A program made the position numbers and the translations under genes. A stretch of 64,000 bases of DNA from Chrysemys picta bellii (Eukaryota): positions 25,358,001-25,422,000 of the forward strand of contig NC_088798.1 of NCBI RefSeq assembly GCF_011386835.1. The letters are read 5' to 3'. Positions within the stretch are counted from its first letter, which is position 1. The number at the start of each line of letters is the position of its first letter. This document shows positions 36,216 through 49,539 of this stretch, one piece after another. The notes beneath the pieces are model-generated. The model ran no database searches. It had not been told where the DNA came from and saw only the letters and a list, made by a program, of their open reading frames with translations.

Positions 36216-38786
36216 AGGGTTTTTTGATCTGTATAATGGTGATGGAGAACTGGCTCTATTAATTGGAAGGGAATGAGTCAGGAGAATCTGTCCCCGAGAT
36301 GGTGGTGATGGTCAGGCTGAGCCTACAGGTGGTCCGGGCCTTCAGGCTATTTTGCTGCACTCTTTGGGGTAAGTGGTATTGAACAGCCTACTTGAGGTTG
36401 CCTCCATCTGGGATAGCCAAATTCATGAGTCAACACCCCAGCAATGATAAGTGAGGAAAGGTTAAAAAAAAAAAAGTCACATCCACTAGGGCTAGAGTTG
36501 AAGGCAATGTTTCAGTGGCAGAGGCATCCTGTTTTAGACTTGACAGTGAGAAGCAGACATTGGAAAAGAGGGCTCCATGGAAGAAGCTGTGTTACAAGGT
36601 TTTATTATTTTTTTCCTTTTTAAAAGAAAACCAGTGCATTTTCTCCCTACTCAAAAATAATTTCACAGCTAATAAACTTCTCATTAACTATGGACAGATT
36701 TAGGATATCAGTTACAGAGAAAGAAAAGTTAAATGTACCATAAATTAAACTGTATAAGAAAGCTCTGCAGTGAATGTTAACACAACACAGTTTCACCTCT
36801 TTGACCAAAGAAACTACATAGGTTTCTGTTAAAAGGAAGAAAGGATGCCACATAGTGATGTGTGGCAGTGAAATTAAATGAGCTCCACCCATTATTTAAA
36901 GCTGATTTATTTCCATAAGAGTCAACCAACTGTGTTCCAATACTGTGGAGATGGTGACCAATCAGTTGACAATAATCAGGACGAAAACTTCACTGCCTTC
37001 GAAATATTTATTGAGATAGAATCAGGCATTCTTTGATAGTTCAACATTTGATTGGTAATGCCACCGGGGGAAGAAAGTTATAAGAAAGAAATTGAAGCAA
37101 ATCAGTTAGGCATAGAAGTTGTACAAAGTACTGTACTGTGATAGACAAGTTAAGGGTAGTATTTATAAAAGAGTACTAAAGATAAACATTGTTCACATGG
37201 TTAAGAAAGCAGCGAAGAGGTAATCGGAGACCAGAGTAAAGAGCCAGGCAACTATAAATATAGTCAAGCAGAAAGACCAGAAATTCCTTTGATTTAACAA
37301 AGACTTAGAGGGGCATTTAGGAATCCTTTGCACTCCATTTATGCAGAACAAGGGCCATATGTTGCTCTGTCCACAGCACGCAGTGCTCCCAACAGCATTT
37401 ACTCTTCCTCCATATTCTTTGACCACCATTGTGACAGAGGCAAATTCTGCTCTCAGCTACAGGAATAAATAGGGGAGTTACTCTGTATGTACATCTGTGC
37501 AGCTGGGAGTAGAACGTGACTAACAATCATGTTAATTTACCATTTAGTTCACAACTATGTGCCAATGTCAGTTATACAGGTTATAATCTTCATTCAGTTC
37601 TTAACAACATAATGACAAATCGTTTACATTCAGATAATTAGGAAGCTCTTCTGGTGCCTAGAGCCAGAGTTTGCTAATATTTGGGTGCCTGGTACACAAA
37701 TCCCAATATCCAGGAGTGAAGCAGTATTTTCCGAGTGCATGCACTTTATGGAGTTTAATTTAAATTCAATTAAAGAATATGGGATTTAGGATTTAAAAAC
37801 AGGACACATAAAACCAACTGAATGGCTATTTTCTGAACTCAACCAATGAAAATCTTTTTGGGGCTAATCCACAACATGCTGAAGTCAATGCAAAGACTCC
37901 CATTGACCGCAATTATAAAAATGCATTTAAAGCCAGGTGAGTGCAACATAAATCTGCCAGCTGTGTGGTAGATGGTTTGTAACATCCCTTAAGCTTTATT
38001 AGAATCCCAATTGCTTACAATGGATCAATGAGTCATTAATTCAAATTCAGACCCATCACAAGAAGGCAGAATTATATCAGCAGCTGAATTAATTTTTTCT
38101 AGTAGTTTGACACTGAGTACATCTGAGAAATATAGTAACAAATATTCACGCTTGAGTTGGCTTCACTTCAGCCTGCTAAATATTTGGCAAGTTATTAAAG
38201 AAACATATAAAATAGTTGCTAAGGGGAATCTGAAAACTTTTTAGACCCATGAAATATTTTACAGGTGTGTGTGTGTATGTAAATATTCAGGAAACACGTC
38301 ATTCCAAAGTTAGTCTGGTTTGGAAAAAGATGCCTTGATCAAATTTGCCACTTTCAATTTGCCAGTGTAGGCAACACTATTAATGATTATTCCTTATATG
38401 GCGGGGGAGAGGGGGGATTGATGTATTTTTTTCATTTTAATGATTTTTTTTTTAAATTTTCTAAATTTGGTGGATTTGTAGATTTTTGGAACTATGGTCC
38501 AGAGAGCAAGTAATTCTCTGATTATTTTCATGTCTTCAAGGATATATACCTTGGATTCTTTTAAATGTTGGAGAAAGTGCAGTGTTTCACAACATGGTGA
38601 TTTGGCTGCCCTGGGAGTGTATCAGATTATTTTGTTATTTGGGGGGCAGGGGAGAAGGGAGAGGTGCACAAGAGGAGGAGCAGCAGCGAGAGTTGTGTGA
38701 ACCTACAACCTGTAGGGCCAGCCTCGGGATTTCAGGGAGAGTCATTGAGATGGTCCCTGGGACACACCCCAGATCTAACAGACTAT

Positions 38787-39070
38787 GGCTACATCTACAC
38801 TACAGGGGGAGTCGATTTAAGATACGCAAATTCAGCTATGTGAATAGCGTAGCTGAATTCGACGTATCGCAGCCAACTTACCCTGCTGTGAGGACGGCGG
38901 CAAAATTGACCTCTGCAGCTTCCCGTCGACGGCGCTTACTCCCACCTCCGCTGGTGGAGTAAGAGCGTCGATTCGGGGATCGATTGTCGTGTCCCAATGG
39001 GACGCGATAAATCGATCCCCGAGAGGTCGATTTCTACCTGCCGATTCAGGCGGGTAGTGTAGACCCAGCC
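38787..39070. mobile_element. PIF/Harbinger-type MITE
   Basis: TIRs GGCTACATCTACACTAC and GTAGTGTAGACCCAGCC; flanks TAT / TAA; CpG-rich. Confidence 0.85.
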
Positions 39071-41067
39071 TAACTTTACATAAAAAGAGGGTTCCTGCAC
39101 AGAGGAGAAGCAGTGCAAGTTAACACACCTTAAGACTATATTACATGGACCATTTTCCCTCACAGTTAAAAGATATTGAGCCTAGCCTTCACTCTTAGCC
39201 ACCTTTCCTGCCACCTCCTGACTTGCTCCACGCTAGGCTGTTTAACCTGAATCCTGTATCCCCTGCCCCCAAGGGACTCACTTGCGACCTGGGGTGAAGT
39301 ATCCCCTTTGTGGACACAGGTCACTCTGTGTGCAGATGTGGAGGCCTCCTGACACCCTCGGTTCTTATTTAGAAATGTGCCCATCAGCTGCAGGATTTTG
39401 GTCCACTGCTTTGTTCTAATTATGAGTATTGTATTATCTGTTCATTTCTTTTCCCCCCTAGAATGAAGAAGGAAAATGTTGAGGGGAGGTAGTAGGTGCG
39501 GGGTGGGAGAAGGAGACATAAAAGGAAGTGCAGCTGTAGAGTCTGGTCCAGCTTTCCTTGCACATCAAAAACTCCCATGGAAAGCAGTGATCATTTTAGG
39601 TATTCAAGGAATGCAGATTTAGTTCTTTGCTCCTTCAAGTCTGCAGCCCTGCCACATATGAAACTCCAAGTGAAATCAGTGGATGTTTAACATTAGGAAG
39701 GACTGTATGTTCAGTTCAAGGATATGCTGATTCTGTTTCTGTTGGATGAGAAATTGGTGATAGGAATCGGGTATATTCATGGTCTGAATTTGTTTATTAT
39801 ACACAAAGTCCTGTTTCTCTGAACACAGAAACAAACAACAGCAGGAAGTTTCTTTGCTGAGAAATCCACAGGTCACTCATTCCAGCAAGGTCTGTGCCCA
39901 ACATGATCTGTCTTGTTACTTCCTTTCACGGTCATGCTGACAATTCCTTCTGCTTGCTCCCTTCAACACACACCACCTGCAATCAATATCCTAGTCCATA
40001 TGCTTACAGCCAAGGAAACCCCTTTTAATCCACCTTGTTTAGCTCTGCTGTGGCCATGAAGCCTGGTGCTTTGGGTCATAGTCCCCATTGTCTGAAGCTG
40101 CTTTTACTACATGGAGGGGTTTCATAGTTCCTGCTGTTGAGCTGAAAAGAGAGGACCTGGAACACCCATGAGTTTTAATGAATGAGGGCTGTATTTGTCT
40201 TTAAATCCAAATAGTGGCCATTAGCACTTCTGAGCATAACACCAGGATAACTCTACTTGACATGGAAGAAAGCATTTGGTGGGCCTGGGTAGGATAGAGA
40301 ATGGCCACTAGAACCATATTGTCATGGATCCCTGTGCCTGGGGAACTCTGGTTTGGAATATCAGCCATGGAAGAGCTGTGCTGTAACCCTATAAGCCTAC
40401 ATGGGTTTGGAATGGATTGTTTTTCTTCAAGTCCCAGTCCATTTATTCGAGGATCAATTTTGCTCTTAAGTAAGAAAAAATATTATTTTAATGTAAAAAA
40501 TCTGAAAAAATATTTGCAACCAAATTTTTTGTGGCAGTAGGAACACTGTTAATATAAGACATTCTTGAGGGTATCTGATTAAATGCCTCTTAAAACTTTA
40601 ATGAAAATATGCCAAGCAAAAGTTCCCACTTATAAGAAAGTGAAATGGATTTTTTAAATGAGATGTTATGAGCAACACAGTGAATATTAAGTAACCTCAT
40701 AAACTTTAAAACAAATATGAAACCCTGATTTACTGCTCAGTCTAGAGGATCTGGAGATGTAAAACTTTTGTGATGTCCTATTATTGTATCATGGGACCAA
40801 ATTAGTTGTGTATGCAAAGTTCTGGTATCTGTATTTGCATCAAAAATTCTGTAGTGTGGTTCATTTCCTGTCAGTGCTTTTAATCAATCAAGTTCCAACT
40901 ACAGTTTCTCTAAAATCTTCTATGCCAGCCTATACACTTGGGTACCGTTTTTCTCTGCCTGCAGATGGAGACAATACAGTAAGACTCTGTATTTGAGTGA
41001 GGACTGAGGTAGGATTAGGATAAATAACTTAATTATTTAACAAACAAGAAGACACAACTTGTAACAC

Positions 41068-42174
41068 TGTGACATACCAGGGTACAACCCAGACTAATGA
41101 ATAGCTGTGTCACCCCGGCCCTCTAACCTGGAATACCCTTTACAAAGCTTTGTTGCTTTAGCCTCCAGCCTGGACTGCTCATAAACAGCCTCCAGCATGC
41201 AAGTCATTCCCAGCTATGTATGTGCTGCAGCCAGACAGCCACACCTTGGATCTTACCAGGCTTGGTTATACTGCATGGTGACTCCAACACACTCCCAGTC
41301 TTAGATCCCTCCGCCCTCCCCCCCCGACAAATGTATGTCCTGTACTGCCCAGACCTCTCTGGACAATACAAGTTTATATAAAGTCCATCATTTCTTTAAT
41401 AGAAATGATATGCATACAACTTACCACCCCAAATGGAGTTTCCTAGACACTACAATTTAAACACACTGGATTAGATAAAACAATGAAACAAGCTTATTAA
41501 TTATAAAGAGAAATTTTAAGTGAGTACAAGTAATGAGGCATAAAAGTCAGAAATGGTTACAAGAAAAATAAAGATAAAATGCAACTGGTGCCTAACTTAA
41601 AAAACTATGTTAAATTCAAAGCAAAGTTTTCTCACCACATGCTCTTAACGGTCTTACTGACCCAACTTCTTAGGTCAGGACCCTTTCTCCCAGAGTTCCA
41701 CAAATGCTTCTTTTGTCACTTCTGATGCCATGAATGTGAACAGTGCCGTGGGGTGTTTGTCTCTCCTTTTTATATTCTCAGTCTCTCTTGAAAAACATTT
41801 CCAGCTGAAATTCAGGAGACAAAGAGTCTATATGGAAGGATGTTCCCCGTTGCTATTTCCTCACCTGTTTGAGTGTCCTTTGTTTCCCTTCCTGCTTGAT
41901 GACTCTCTCTTTACTGCTTAAATGCAAATTAAGCAAAGGACGCATTCCTTTGTTTGAGACAGACTTGTTTGCCAGCCTTCATTTGGAACATGTGATGATA
42001 ATCCCATACAGTGTAATCTTATAACTTCACATAGTGTGTTGCCATATACATTTTTTCAGGACAATAATGACCAGCAAATTATGAGTTTTCAAGTGACACC
42101 TCACAAGGCATACTTTGTACAAAGATTATTATAATAGTATGTGGGGTGTGGACAAAGGGGTACATTCTGTCACA
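41068..42174 (-). mobile_element. Solo LTR
   Basis: TGTGACA...TGTCACA termini with an exact 5-bp TSD AACAC (41063-41067 and 42175-42179). The reverse complement matches the ends of the LTRs at 44390 and 63678. Confidence 0.9.
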
Positions 42175-42204
42175 AACACAGTACTGTCGGTGCTTCATAC
42201 TTCA

Positions 42205-42527
42205 AGCCTAAATAGAGACTGGGAATGGCTGAGCCATTACACACATGGAATCTATTTCCCCATGTTAAGTATTCTCACACCTCTTGTCAAACTGTCTGTA
42301 ATGGGCTATCTTGATTATCATTACAAAAGTTTTTTCTCTTAATTAATTAGCCTTTTAGAGTTGGTAGGACAACTCCCACCTTTTCATGTTCTCTGTATGT
42401 GTATATATATCTCTTTACTGTATGTTCCATTCTATGCATCCGATGAAGTGAGCTGTAGCCCACGAAAGCTTATGCTCAAATAAATTTGTTAGTCTCTAAG
42501 GCGCCACAAGTACTCCTGTTCTTTTTG
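42205..42527 (+). mobile_element. Penelope-like retroelement 3' fragment
   Basis: Encodes LNRDWEWLSHY, resembling a Penelope ORF C-terminus. Followed by the tail GCATCCGATGAAGTGAGCTGTAGCCCACGAAAGCTTATGCTCAAATAAATTTGTTAGTCTCTAAGGCGCCACAAG. Confidence 0.75.
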
Positions 42528-44389
42528 TACAAACAAAGTGTCTTTACGAATGTTCTACGTTTCTTCCACACAGTCCAAGAATGTCCAAAGATATGGCCAA
42601 GAAAAAACAACTGATGGTATGGGCAGAGAAATACATAACCATCTTAACTGTCATTCACATCACTGTAGGCTTGGTATTCTGATCCTAAGTATTGCTGGCA
42701 GAGTGGAAAATCAAAAGAGTTCTTTAACTGAATTTGCTGTACTTGGAGGGGGCAGCAAGCACATGTGATAACCATGAAATCCAGCAGACAGGTATTTCAG
42801 CAGGGTCAGGAATATAACTTCCAGCCCCACAGATGCCCTAGCAATTTTACGGGACTGCACATTGTATACATTCTGGATACTGCAAAAAATAGCCAGAAAC
42901 GTGGGGACCTTCATCTCCCCTCATTATTTGCACTCAGAACTGTTAACATGTCAACAGAAGATCTGATACCTAGTATTCTATGGACACAGGACTGTTATTC
43001 TATGGACATGGGACCCAATTTGCCAAAATAGTCCTGTTCACTTCAGGTTTAAGGCATGTCCACTTAGAGGCAATTTCCTTGGGGGTAGGGGGAGGGGGGA
43101 AGGCTTTCGATAAGTCATTACAGTCATGATGTGCTCTTGCAAGCAGTCCATGCTCAACTGGGATACAAGGACCTGGAGAACATTTTCTTACTATTTTGAC
43201 AGATGAACAGTGGATCTAATTGTTACTGACATACTGGAGTTCCTTTAAAATGACATAGGAATGAGCACCAGGTTCAGCACCTTAAAAATACACGCATCAG
43301 CAATAGCAGTCTAAAGGTCAGTTCACCTCTTGGAGTCAGCTCAAATATAACTAGATTTAACTCGGTGGTCAATAAGATGTCAGACCACCTATACCTCTTT
43401 GGATCCTAAATCTGGTATTAAGTTGGTGTAATGCTCTTCCATGTGAACCTTTTAAGAAGAGGAATATTTCCTAGGCAATCAGTCAAAGTCGGGTTCCCTT
43501 TTGACATCTGCTCAGCTAGGAGAACTTCCCTTTGTCTCCTCTGTCTTCTATTCTAGTCCATATGCTTGGGACTTCCCAAACTAATGCAGTGCTGTTCACT
43601 ATGGGGAGATTAGCACCTTGCAGCTGTCTTGACCACCTTCTTCCCAATGATGTGTCCAGCCAATGGCTGACACTGTAAATTTACTTGTGCAGATAAATAT
43701 AAATTTGAAGTTTATAGTACAGTTGGCTTTAGTTTTATTACTTTGCTGTCTATATATTTCAGGCAGTACATCTACAGAAAACCTGAACAAACAATTAGAC
43801 ACTACTTGCCATATTTACTTAATGATAAACAGTGGGTCTCTATATCTATTCCATTGCTGAAATTCATTAGGCAAAGAAAGGAGACCATGCTCAATACCAT
43901 TATGAAACTCTGGCTCATTGTGACCCATTGTAATCCACATATTGCTAATGACATTTATTATTTTGTCTGTGACTGCTGCTACTGGAATATTTGTTTTTCT
44001 ATTCTCGCTTGCATGAAAAAACAGACTGGCAGTACAATGACTGAGGACTGATTGAATAGACAACCTTTGATATTTACTCATCAGTTATTGACTCATGACA
44101 CTAACAAACAAGATACAATTGACCACTTTTGCAAGACAGTTAGGAACTCCAATATTATTACTTATGTAATGCATTAGTGCCTGTGTAATTTCTTGTCTGT
44201 CATAAAGATACAGCTACTCTGCATAACAAGCATGCTACTGATTTGTATACAGGTTTCACTTACTGTTGCAAAATCCTCCATCCACTATTACTTTCGGCCT
44301 CTTGCAAGATGGGGCTCAGCACCTAATAAGATTAGGTCCTTATTTTATACAGCGTCTTTCCTATAAACTCTATCCCAAAGAAAGCAGTC

Positions 44390-45450
44390 TGTGATAGTCT
44401 GTACTCCTATGTTCACTCCTTTCACAGGACTATGGTACATTTTGTACAAAGTATGCCTTATGAGGTATCATTCAAAACCTCATAATTTGCTGACTATTAT
44501 TGTCAGGGTAAAAGTATGTAAAATTATAACATTCTACATTCTAGTATAGTATTACTGTGTTCCAAGCCTGTGGAGCAGCCACAAACCAGTTCCCCAGAGA
44601 CAAAAGCAAGCTGATGCCTCAGCCAGGTGTCAACAAAATCAAATGGACCATCACCTGGTTAAGTGGCCATTCTTTGGCAGGAAAGAAGGTGTGGGTGAAA
44701 AAGCTACATCTTGACAAAGAAACAGCGTGGGGTCCCATCCACACAGATTTCTGTCTCCTGAACCTCAGCTGGAGATGCTTCTTGAAGAAGACGGGAGCAC
44801 AGATGCCCCAAATTATTTCTCTCTTTCTTTCTTCCCATGGTATCCACAACACCTGAAGAACAAAGGAAGCTGCATTGGACTGGGGGAGGGCTCCTGAAAG
44901 ACAGTCAACAAGTAAGACATGGTGAGAGAGACTTTGCTTTGAGTTCATTTAGCTTGTTAAGTTAGGCATTAGTTGCATTTTACTTTAATTTTCTTGTAAC
45001 CAATTCTGACTTTTATGCCCCATTATTCATATTCACTTAAAATCTATCTTTTGTAATTAATAACTTTGTTTTATCTAATCCAGTGTGTTTGAACTGAAGT
45101 GTTTGGGAAACTCTATTTGAGATATTGTACATATCATTTTCTATTAATAAAATGACAGACTTTATATGATCTTGCATTGTCCAGGAGAAAGCTGGCTAGT
45201 ACAAGACATAGATTTCTGGGGAAAGTCTGGGACTGGGAGTTTGCTAGTGTTGCTCTGCAACGTAACTCAAGAGTGGTTGGTTGCAGCACTCATACTATAA
45301 TTGGGAGTAACTTACCTGCTGGAGGCTGTGTGAGAGCAGACCAGAAGTGGGAAGTTCTCACAGTGAAGCAGTGTAAGAGGTATTCCAAGTTGGAGAATTG
45401 AGGGGACACAGCTGTTCATCAGTCCAGATTGTACTCTGGGTAATGTCACA
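44390..45450 (+). mobile_element. Solo LTR
   Basis: TGTGATA...TGTCACA termini; AATAAA near 45145; shares blocks with the 41068 copy (inverted) and the 63678 copy. No TSD seen. Confidence 0.8.
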
Positions 45451-46022
45451 ATGATTTATCCCACAAGAACATATAGTTGCATTTCACACGGTAAAACTTT
45501 ATACAAAGGCTTTTAACACTGGAACTATTCTTCCAGTGTGGCAGACATTTTTGGATCACATACAATGCCTGTGACTGAAAAGATATAGAAAAGGCAGTAG
45601 AAGCAAAAGTTTAACACTGAAGATATAGAATAAATCTGCTCCACATCTCTATAGGGTTCACCCCCAGGTACTCTCTTAACTTTATTTTCAAATGAAATAT
45701 GGGCATCTATTGATCTTCTGTAGGCAGCAACTCAAAAACAGTGACCTTTGTTGGCCTTGTGATGGTGCCATGGAGCATGAATTATTAGAATGCAGCTTCA
45801 GTATGTTCCTGATTTTTGTATTCAGGTCTGGAACTTTGTTAAAAAAATTGTTCACTATTGATCTTAATAAGATGCGAAGATATTTTTGTGAAATAAGCAG
45901 TTCCAGCAGATTAATATGGACCCAATTTGAAGAAGTTGCTTGATATTATCTACTGCCCTCAAATCAATACTGTGATGTTGGAAACAGTCTTCAGAATTAA
46001 ATATCAAAAGCATAGCTTAATT

Positions 46023-46241
46023 CAGTGGTGAGCAACTTGTGGGCTGCACATGGCCCATCAGGGCAAGCCACTAGCGGGCCTCCAGACTGTTTGTTTACAT
46101 TTGCATGGCCAGTGGACGTGGTTCACTGTTCCCAGCCAATGGAAGCTGCACGTGGCTGTGCAAATGTAAACAAATGGTCTGGTGGTCTGCCAGCGGCTTG
46201 CTCTGATGGGCTGCATGCGGCCCGCAGGTTGCCCATCACTG
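46023..46241. mobile_element. Fold-back hAT-type MITE with ~90-bp inverted arms
   Basis: CAGTGGTGAGCAACTTGTGGGCTGCA...TTTGTTTACATTTGCA is mirrored by TGCAAATGTAAACAAA...GCCCGCAGGTTGCCCATCACTG. No TSD match. Confidence 0.8.
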
Positions 46242-46406
46242 CTCTATGCAATCAAAAAGGTACATGCTTGTAGGTCCCTGGCCTTGATGAGTACTAAATC
46301 TAATCTTTCTCCATAAACATGGACAGATCATACCCTGTTTGCATATAAAACTTCATTAAAAACTTAGCTCCAGCTTCTCAAATGGTGTAAATTGATCTCA
46401 ATAGAG

Positions 46407-46717
46407 CACGGGTAGGCAACATATGGCACGCGTGCCGAAGGCGGCACGCGAGCTGATTTTCAGTGGCACTCATGCTGCCTGGGTCCTGGCCACTGGTCCG
46501 GGGGGCTCTGCATTTTAATTTAATTTTAAATGAAGCTTCTTACAAATTTTAAAAACCTTATTTACTTTACATACAACAATAGTTTAGTTATATATTATAG
46601 ACTTAGAGAAAGAGACCTTCTAAAAACATTAAAATGTATTACTGGCATGCAAAACCTTAAATTAGAGTGAATGACTGAAGACTCGTCACCCCACTTCTGA
46701 AAGGTTGCTAACCCCTG
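46407..46717. mobile_element. hAT (Charlie-like) MITE
   Basis: TIRs CACGGGTAGGCAAC and GTTGCTAACCCCTG; exact TSD CAATAGAG. Confidence 0.88.
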
Positions 46718-46879
46718 CAATAGAGGTATGCAAATTTACACCAGCTGAGGCTCTAACCCTTAATAGAAACTGTAACAATACAGCCATCTAAAAAAAACTG
46801 AAAACAAACACTGATGGAACCTTGCACTACAGAACAGATCTTTAGCTTACCATAAAGGAGCCATAAAACAAACTTAACC

Positions 46880-47340
46880 ATCCTGCCCAGGATTCTACCA
46901 CTTCCCTTGAGAGAACATTCCACAGTCCAACATCTCTCACTAGCAGTACATTATTGTTCTGATATTCAACCTAAATTTTCCATTACTCAGTTTAGTTCAG
47001 TTAATCCTAATTATATTTCCTTGGCTCCACTCTAAACAATTTGTCTCCCACCTTGGTGTTTATACTCCAGAAATACTTGTAGAAGGTAATCACACACCCC
47101 CTCCCCACTTATTTGCTGTTTTGCAAACCTAAACCAATCTAGTTCTTTTAATATTTCCTCAGATTTTGTTAGTCACTCCAGTCCATTGGTCATTTGTGTT
47201 GCTCTAATCTTAATTCTTTCTAGTTTGTAGGTCATCCTTCTGTTAATGAGGTGCCCAAAACCCTATACAGTTTTGTAGGTGTGGTGTCATCAGTGGAGAA
47301 CAGAGAGTGACTTTTATTTTCCTAAAATGTGACATGATTC
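46880..47340 (-). mobile_element. Old CR1/L3 LINE fragment
   Basis: ACCACTTCCCTTGAGAGAACATTCCACAGTC...GATATTCAACCTAAATTTTCC...GAGGTGCCCAAAACCCTATACAG, the reverse complement of a CR1 ORF2 3' region. Confidence 0.6.
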
Positions 47341-48507
47341 CTTTTTCAACTAGCTCCCATTAAGCACACTGTGAGGTCTTAAAGGGACCTCTGAAGAGAC
47401 TGAATTGGCAACAAACAAGCTAATGTAAACAAATGTTAGGGGAAGACTTATTCTCTTGAAAAACAAATCAAAGGGCAAAGAACCAGTCAAACTGGGAACA
47501 GGGAAATTCACTGACAGTATTTATTCCTTAAGCACAGCACAAGTACAATAAGACCCTAAGTGACAGAGCCAGATATTTGGCCTTCATCCTAAAGACTAAG
47601 TACTTCTCAGAAAGTAATAAATCTGACAACATATTGGCCAATTACCTAAAGGAAGAAAAGAAAATACCAGCATCAAAGCCATTACACTGGGTAAGATAAA
47701 ATATCCCTTAATAAAGGTCTCGATATTTGATCTGAATTTCAAGTTTCACCAGAAGTATTGCTCCTCCAAAGTGCTTAAGGAGACATCCAAATTCAACACC
47801 ATCTTTCACTTTCACTTTGTCTCTTATCTCATTAGTGATGGTAATGTGTTTACATTATAGAGCCATATGATAAATTGTATTATCGTGACCCTTTGATGAC
47901 CTGCACTTTTCTCATTAACCCATCTCTGAAGGACTACTTCTAATGAGTGAAGCGCTTGGGGGAAATGCATAGGGCACAGGACGACAAAGCAGGAGACTTG
48001 GATGATATACTTGGGTTTGCCATTGCCTTGCTATGCGACCATGGGAAAATCATTTAACCTCTGTGCCTGAGTTTTTCCACCTATGAAATGGGAATATTAT
48101 TGCTTAATCACTTTTTATTAGAGCTGTTGATTAATCACAGTTAACTCACATATTAACTCAAAAATTATTTGTGATTAATTTTATTAATCATGATTAATCG
48201 CTGTTTTAATCACACTGTTAAACAATAGAATACCAATTGAAATTTATTAAATATTTTGGACATTTTTCTACATTTTTCAAATATATTGATTTCAGTTACA
48301 ATAGAGAATACAAAGTGTACAGTGCTCACTTGATATTATTTGTATTACAAATATTTGCATTGTAAAAATGATAAAAGAAATAGTATTTTTCAGTTCACCT
48401 CATACAAGTATCATAGTGCAATCTCTTTATCATAAAAGTGCAACTTATAAATGTAGATTTTTTTGTTATATATATAACTGCACTCAAAAACAAAATAATG
48501 TAAAGCT

Positions 48508-48759
48508 TTAGAACCTACAAGTCCACTCAGTCCTACTTCTTGTGCAGCCAATCGCTGAAAGTTTGTTTACATTTGCGGGAGATAATGCTGCCCACTTCTT
48601 ATTTACAATGTCACTTGAAAGTGAGAACAGATGTTTGCATGGCACTTTTGTAGCTAACATTGCAAGGTATTTACGTGCCAGATAGGCTAAACATTTGTAT
48701 GACCCTTCATGCTTTGGCCACCATTCCAGAGGACATGCTTCCACGCTGATGATGCTCAT
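48508..48759 (-). pseudogene. hAT transposase C-terminal dimerization-domain remnant (ZBED1/Ac-like)
   Basis: ACPLEWWPKHEGSYKCLAYLARKYLAMLATKVPCKHLFSLSSDIVNKKWAALSPANVNKL, the hATC WW...LA...PAT...LFS pattern. Confidence 0.8.
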
Positions 48760-48899
48760 TAAAAAAATGTGTTAATTAAATTGGTGACTGAACTCCTTCG
48801 GGGAGAATTGTATGTCTCCTTCTTTGTGTTTTACCTGCATTCTGCCATATATTTCATGTTATAGAAGTCTCAGATTCTGACCCAGCATGTTGTTCGTTT

Positions 48900-49539
48900 T
48901 AAGAACACTTTCACTGCAGATTTGACAAAATGCAAAGAAGGTACCAATGTGAGATTTCTAAAGATAGCTACAGTAATCAACCCAAGTTTTAAGAATCTGA
49001 AGTGCCTTCTAAAATCTGAGAGGGATGAGGTGTGGCGCATGCTTTCAGAAGTCTTAAAAGAGCAACACTATGATGCGGAAACTAAGAAAATCAACCTTCT
49101 GCTGGTGACATCTGACTAGGGTGACCAGACAGCAAGTGTGAAAAATTGGGACGGGGGGTGGGGGGTAATAGGAGCCTATATAAGAAAGAGACCCAAAAAT
49201 CGGGACTGTCCCTATAAAATCGGGACATCTGGTCACCCTACATCTGACTCAGATGATGAAAATGAACATACATTGGTCTGTACTGCTTTGTATTGTTATC
49301 GAGCAGAACCCGTCATCAGCATGGACGCATGTCCTTAGGAATGGTGGTTGAAGCATGAAGGGACATATGAATCTTTAGAGGATCTGGCACGTAAATATCT
49401 TGCGACGCCAGCTACAACAGTGCCATGTGAATGCCTGTTCTCACTTTCAGGTGACATTGTAAACAAGAAGCGGGCAGCTTTATCTCCTGCAAATGTAAAC
49501 AAACTTGTCTGTCTGAGCAATTGGCTGAACAAGAAGTAG
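48900..49539 (+). pseudogene. hAT transposase C-terminal remnant, interrupted by a MITE
   Basis: FLKIATVINPSFKNLKCL..., then DSDDENEH...ACPLEWWLKHEGTYESLEDLARKYLATPATTVPCECLFSLSGDIVNKKRAALSPANVNKLVCLSNWLNKK*. Confidence 0.8.
49117..49240. mobile_element. Short hAT MITE (TAGGGTGACCAGA family) nested in the transposase remnant
   Basis: TIRs TAGGGTGACCAGA and TCTGGTCACCCTA; exact TSD CATCTGAC. Confidence 0.92.

Noticed and set aside
38582-38962. 126-aa ORF
   Set aside because: It is a chimera of unique flank and a Harbinger MITE.
43090-43200. AAGGCTTTCGAT (KAFD) RT-like motif
   Set aside because: A stop follows within a few codons, and no further LINE similarity was recognisable.
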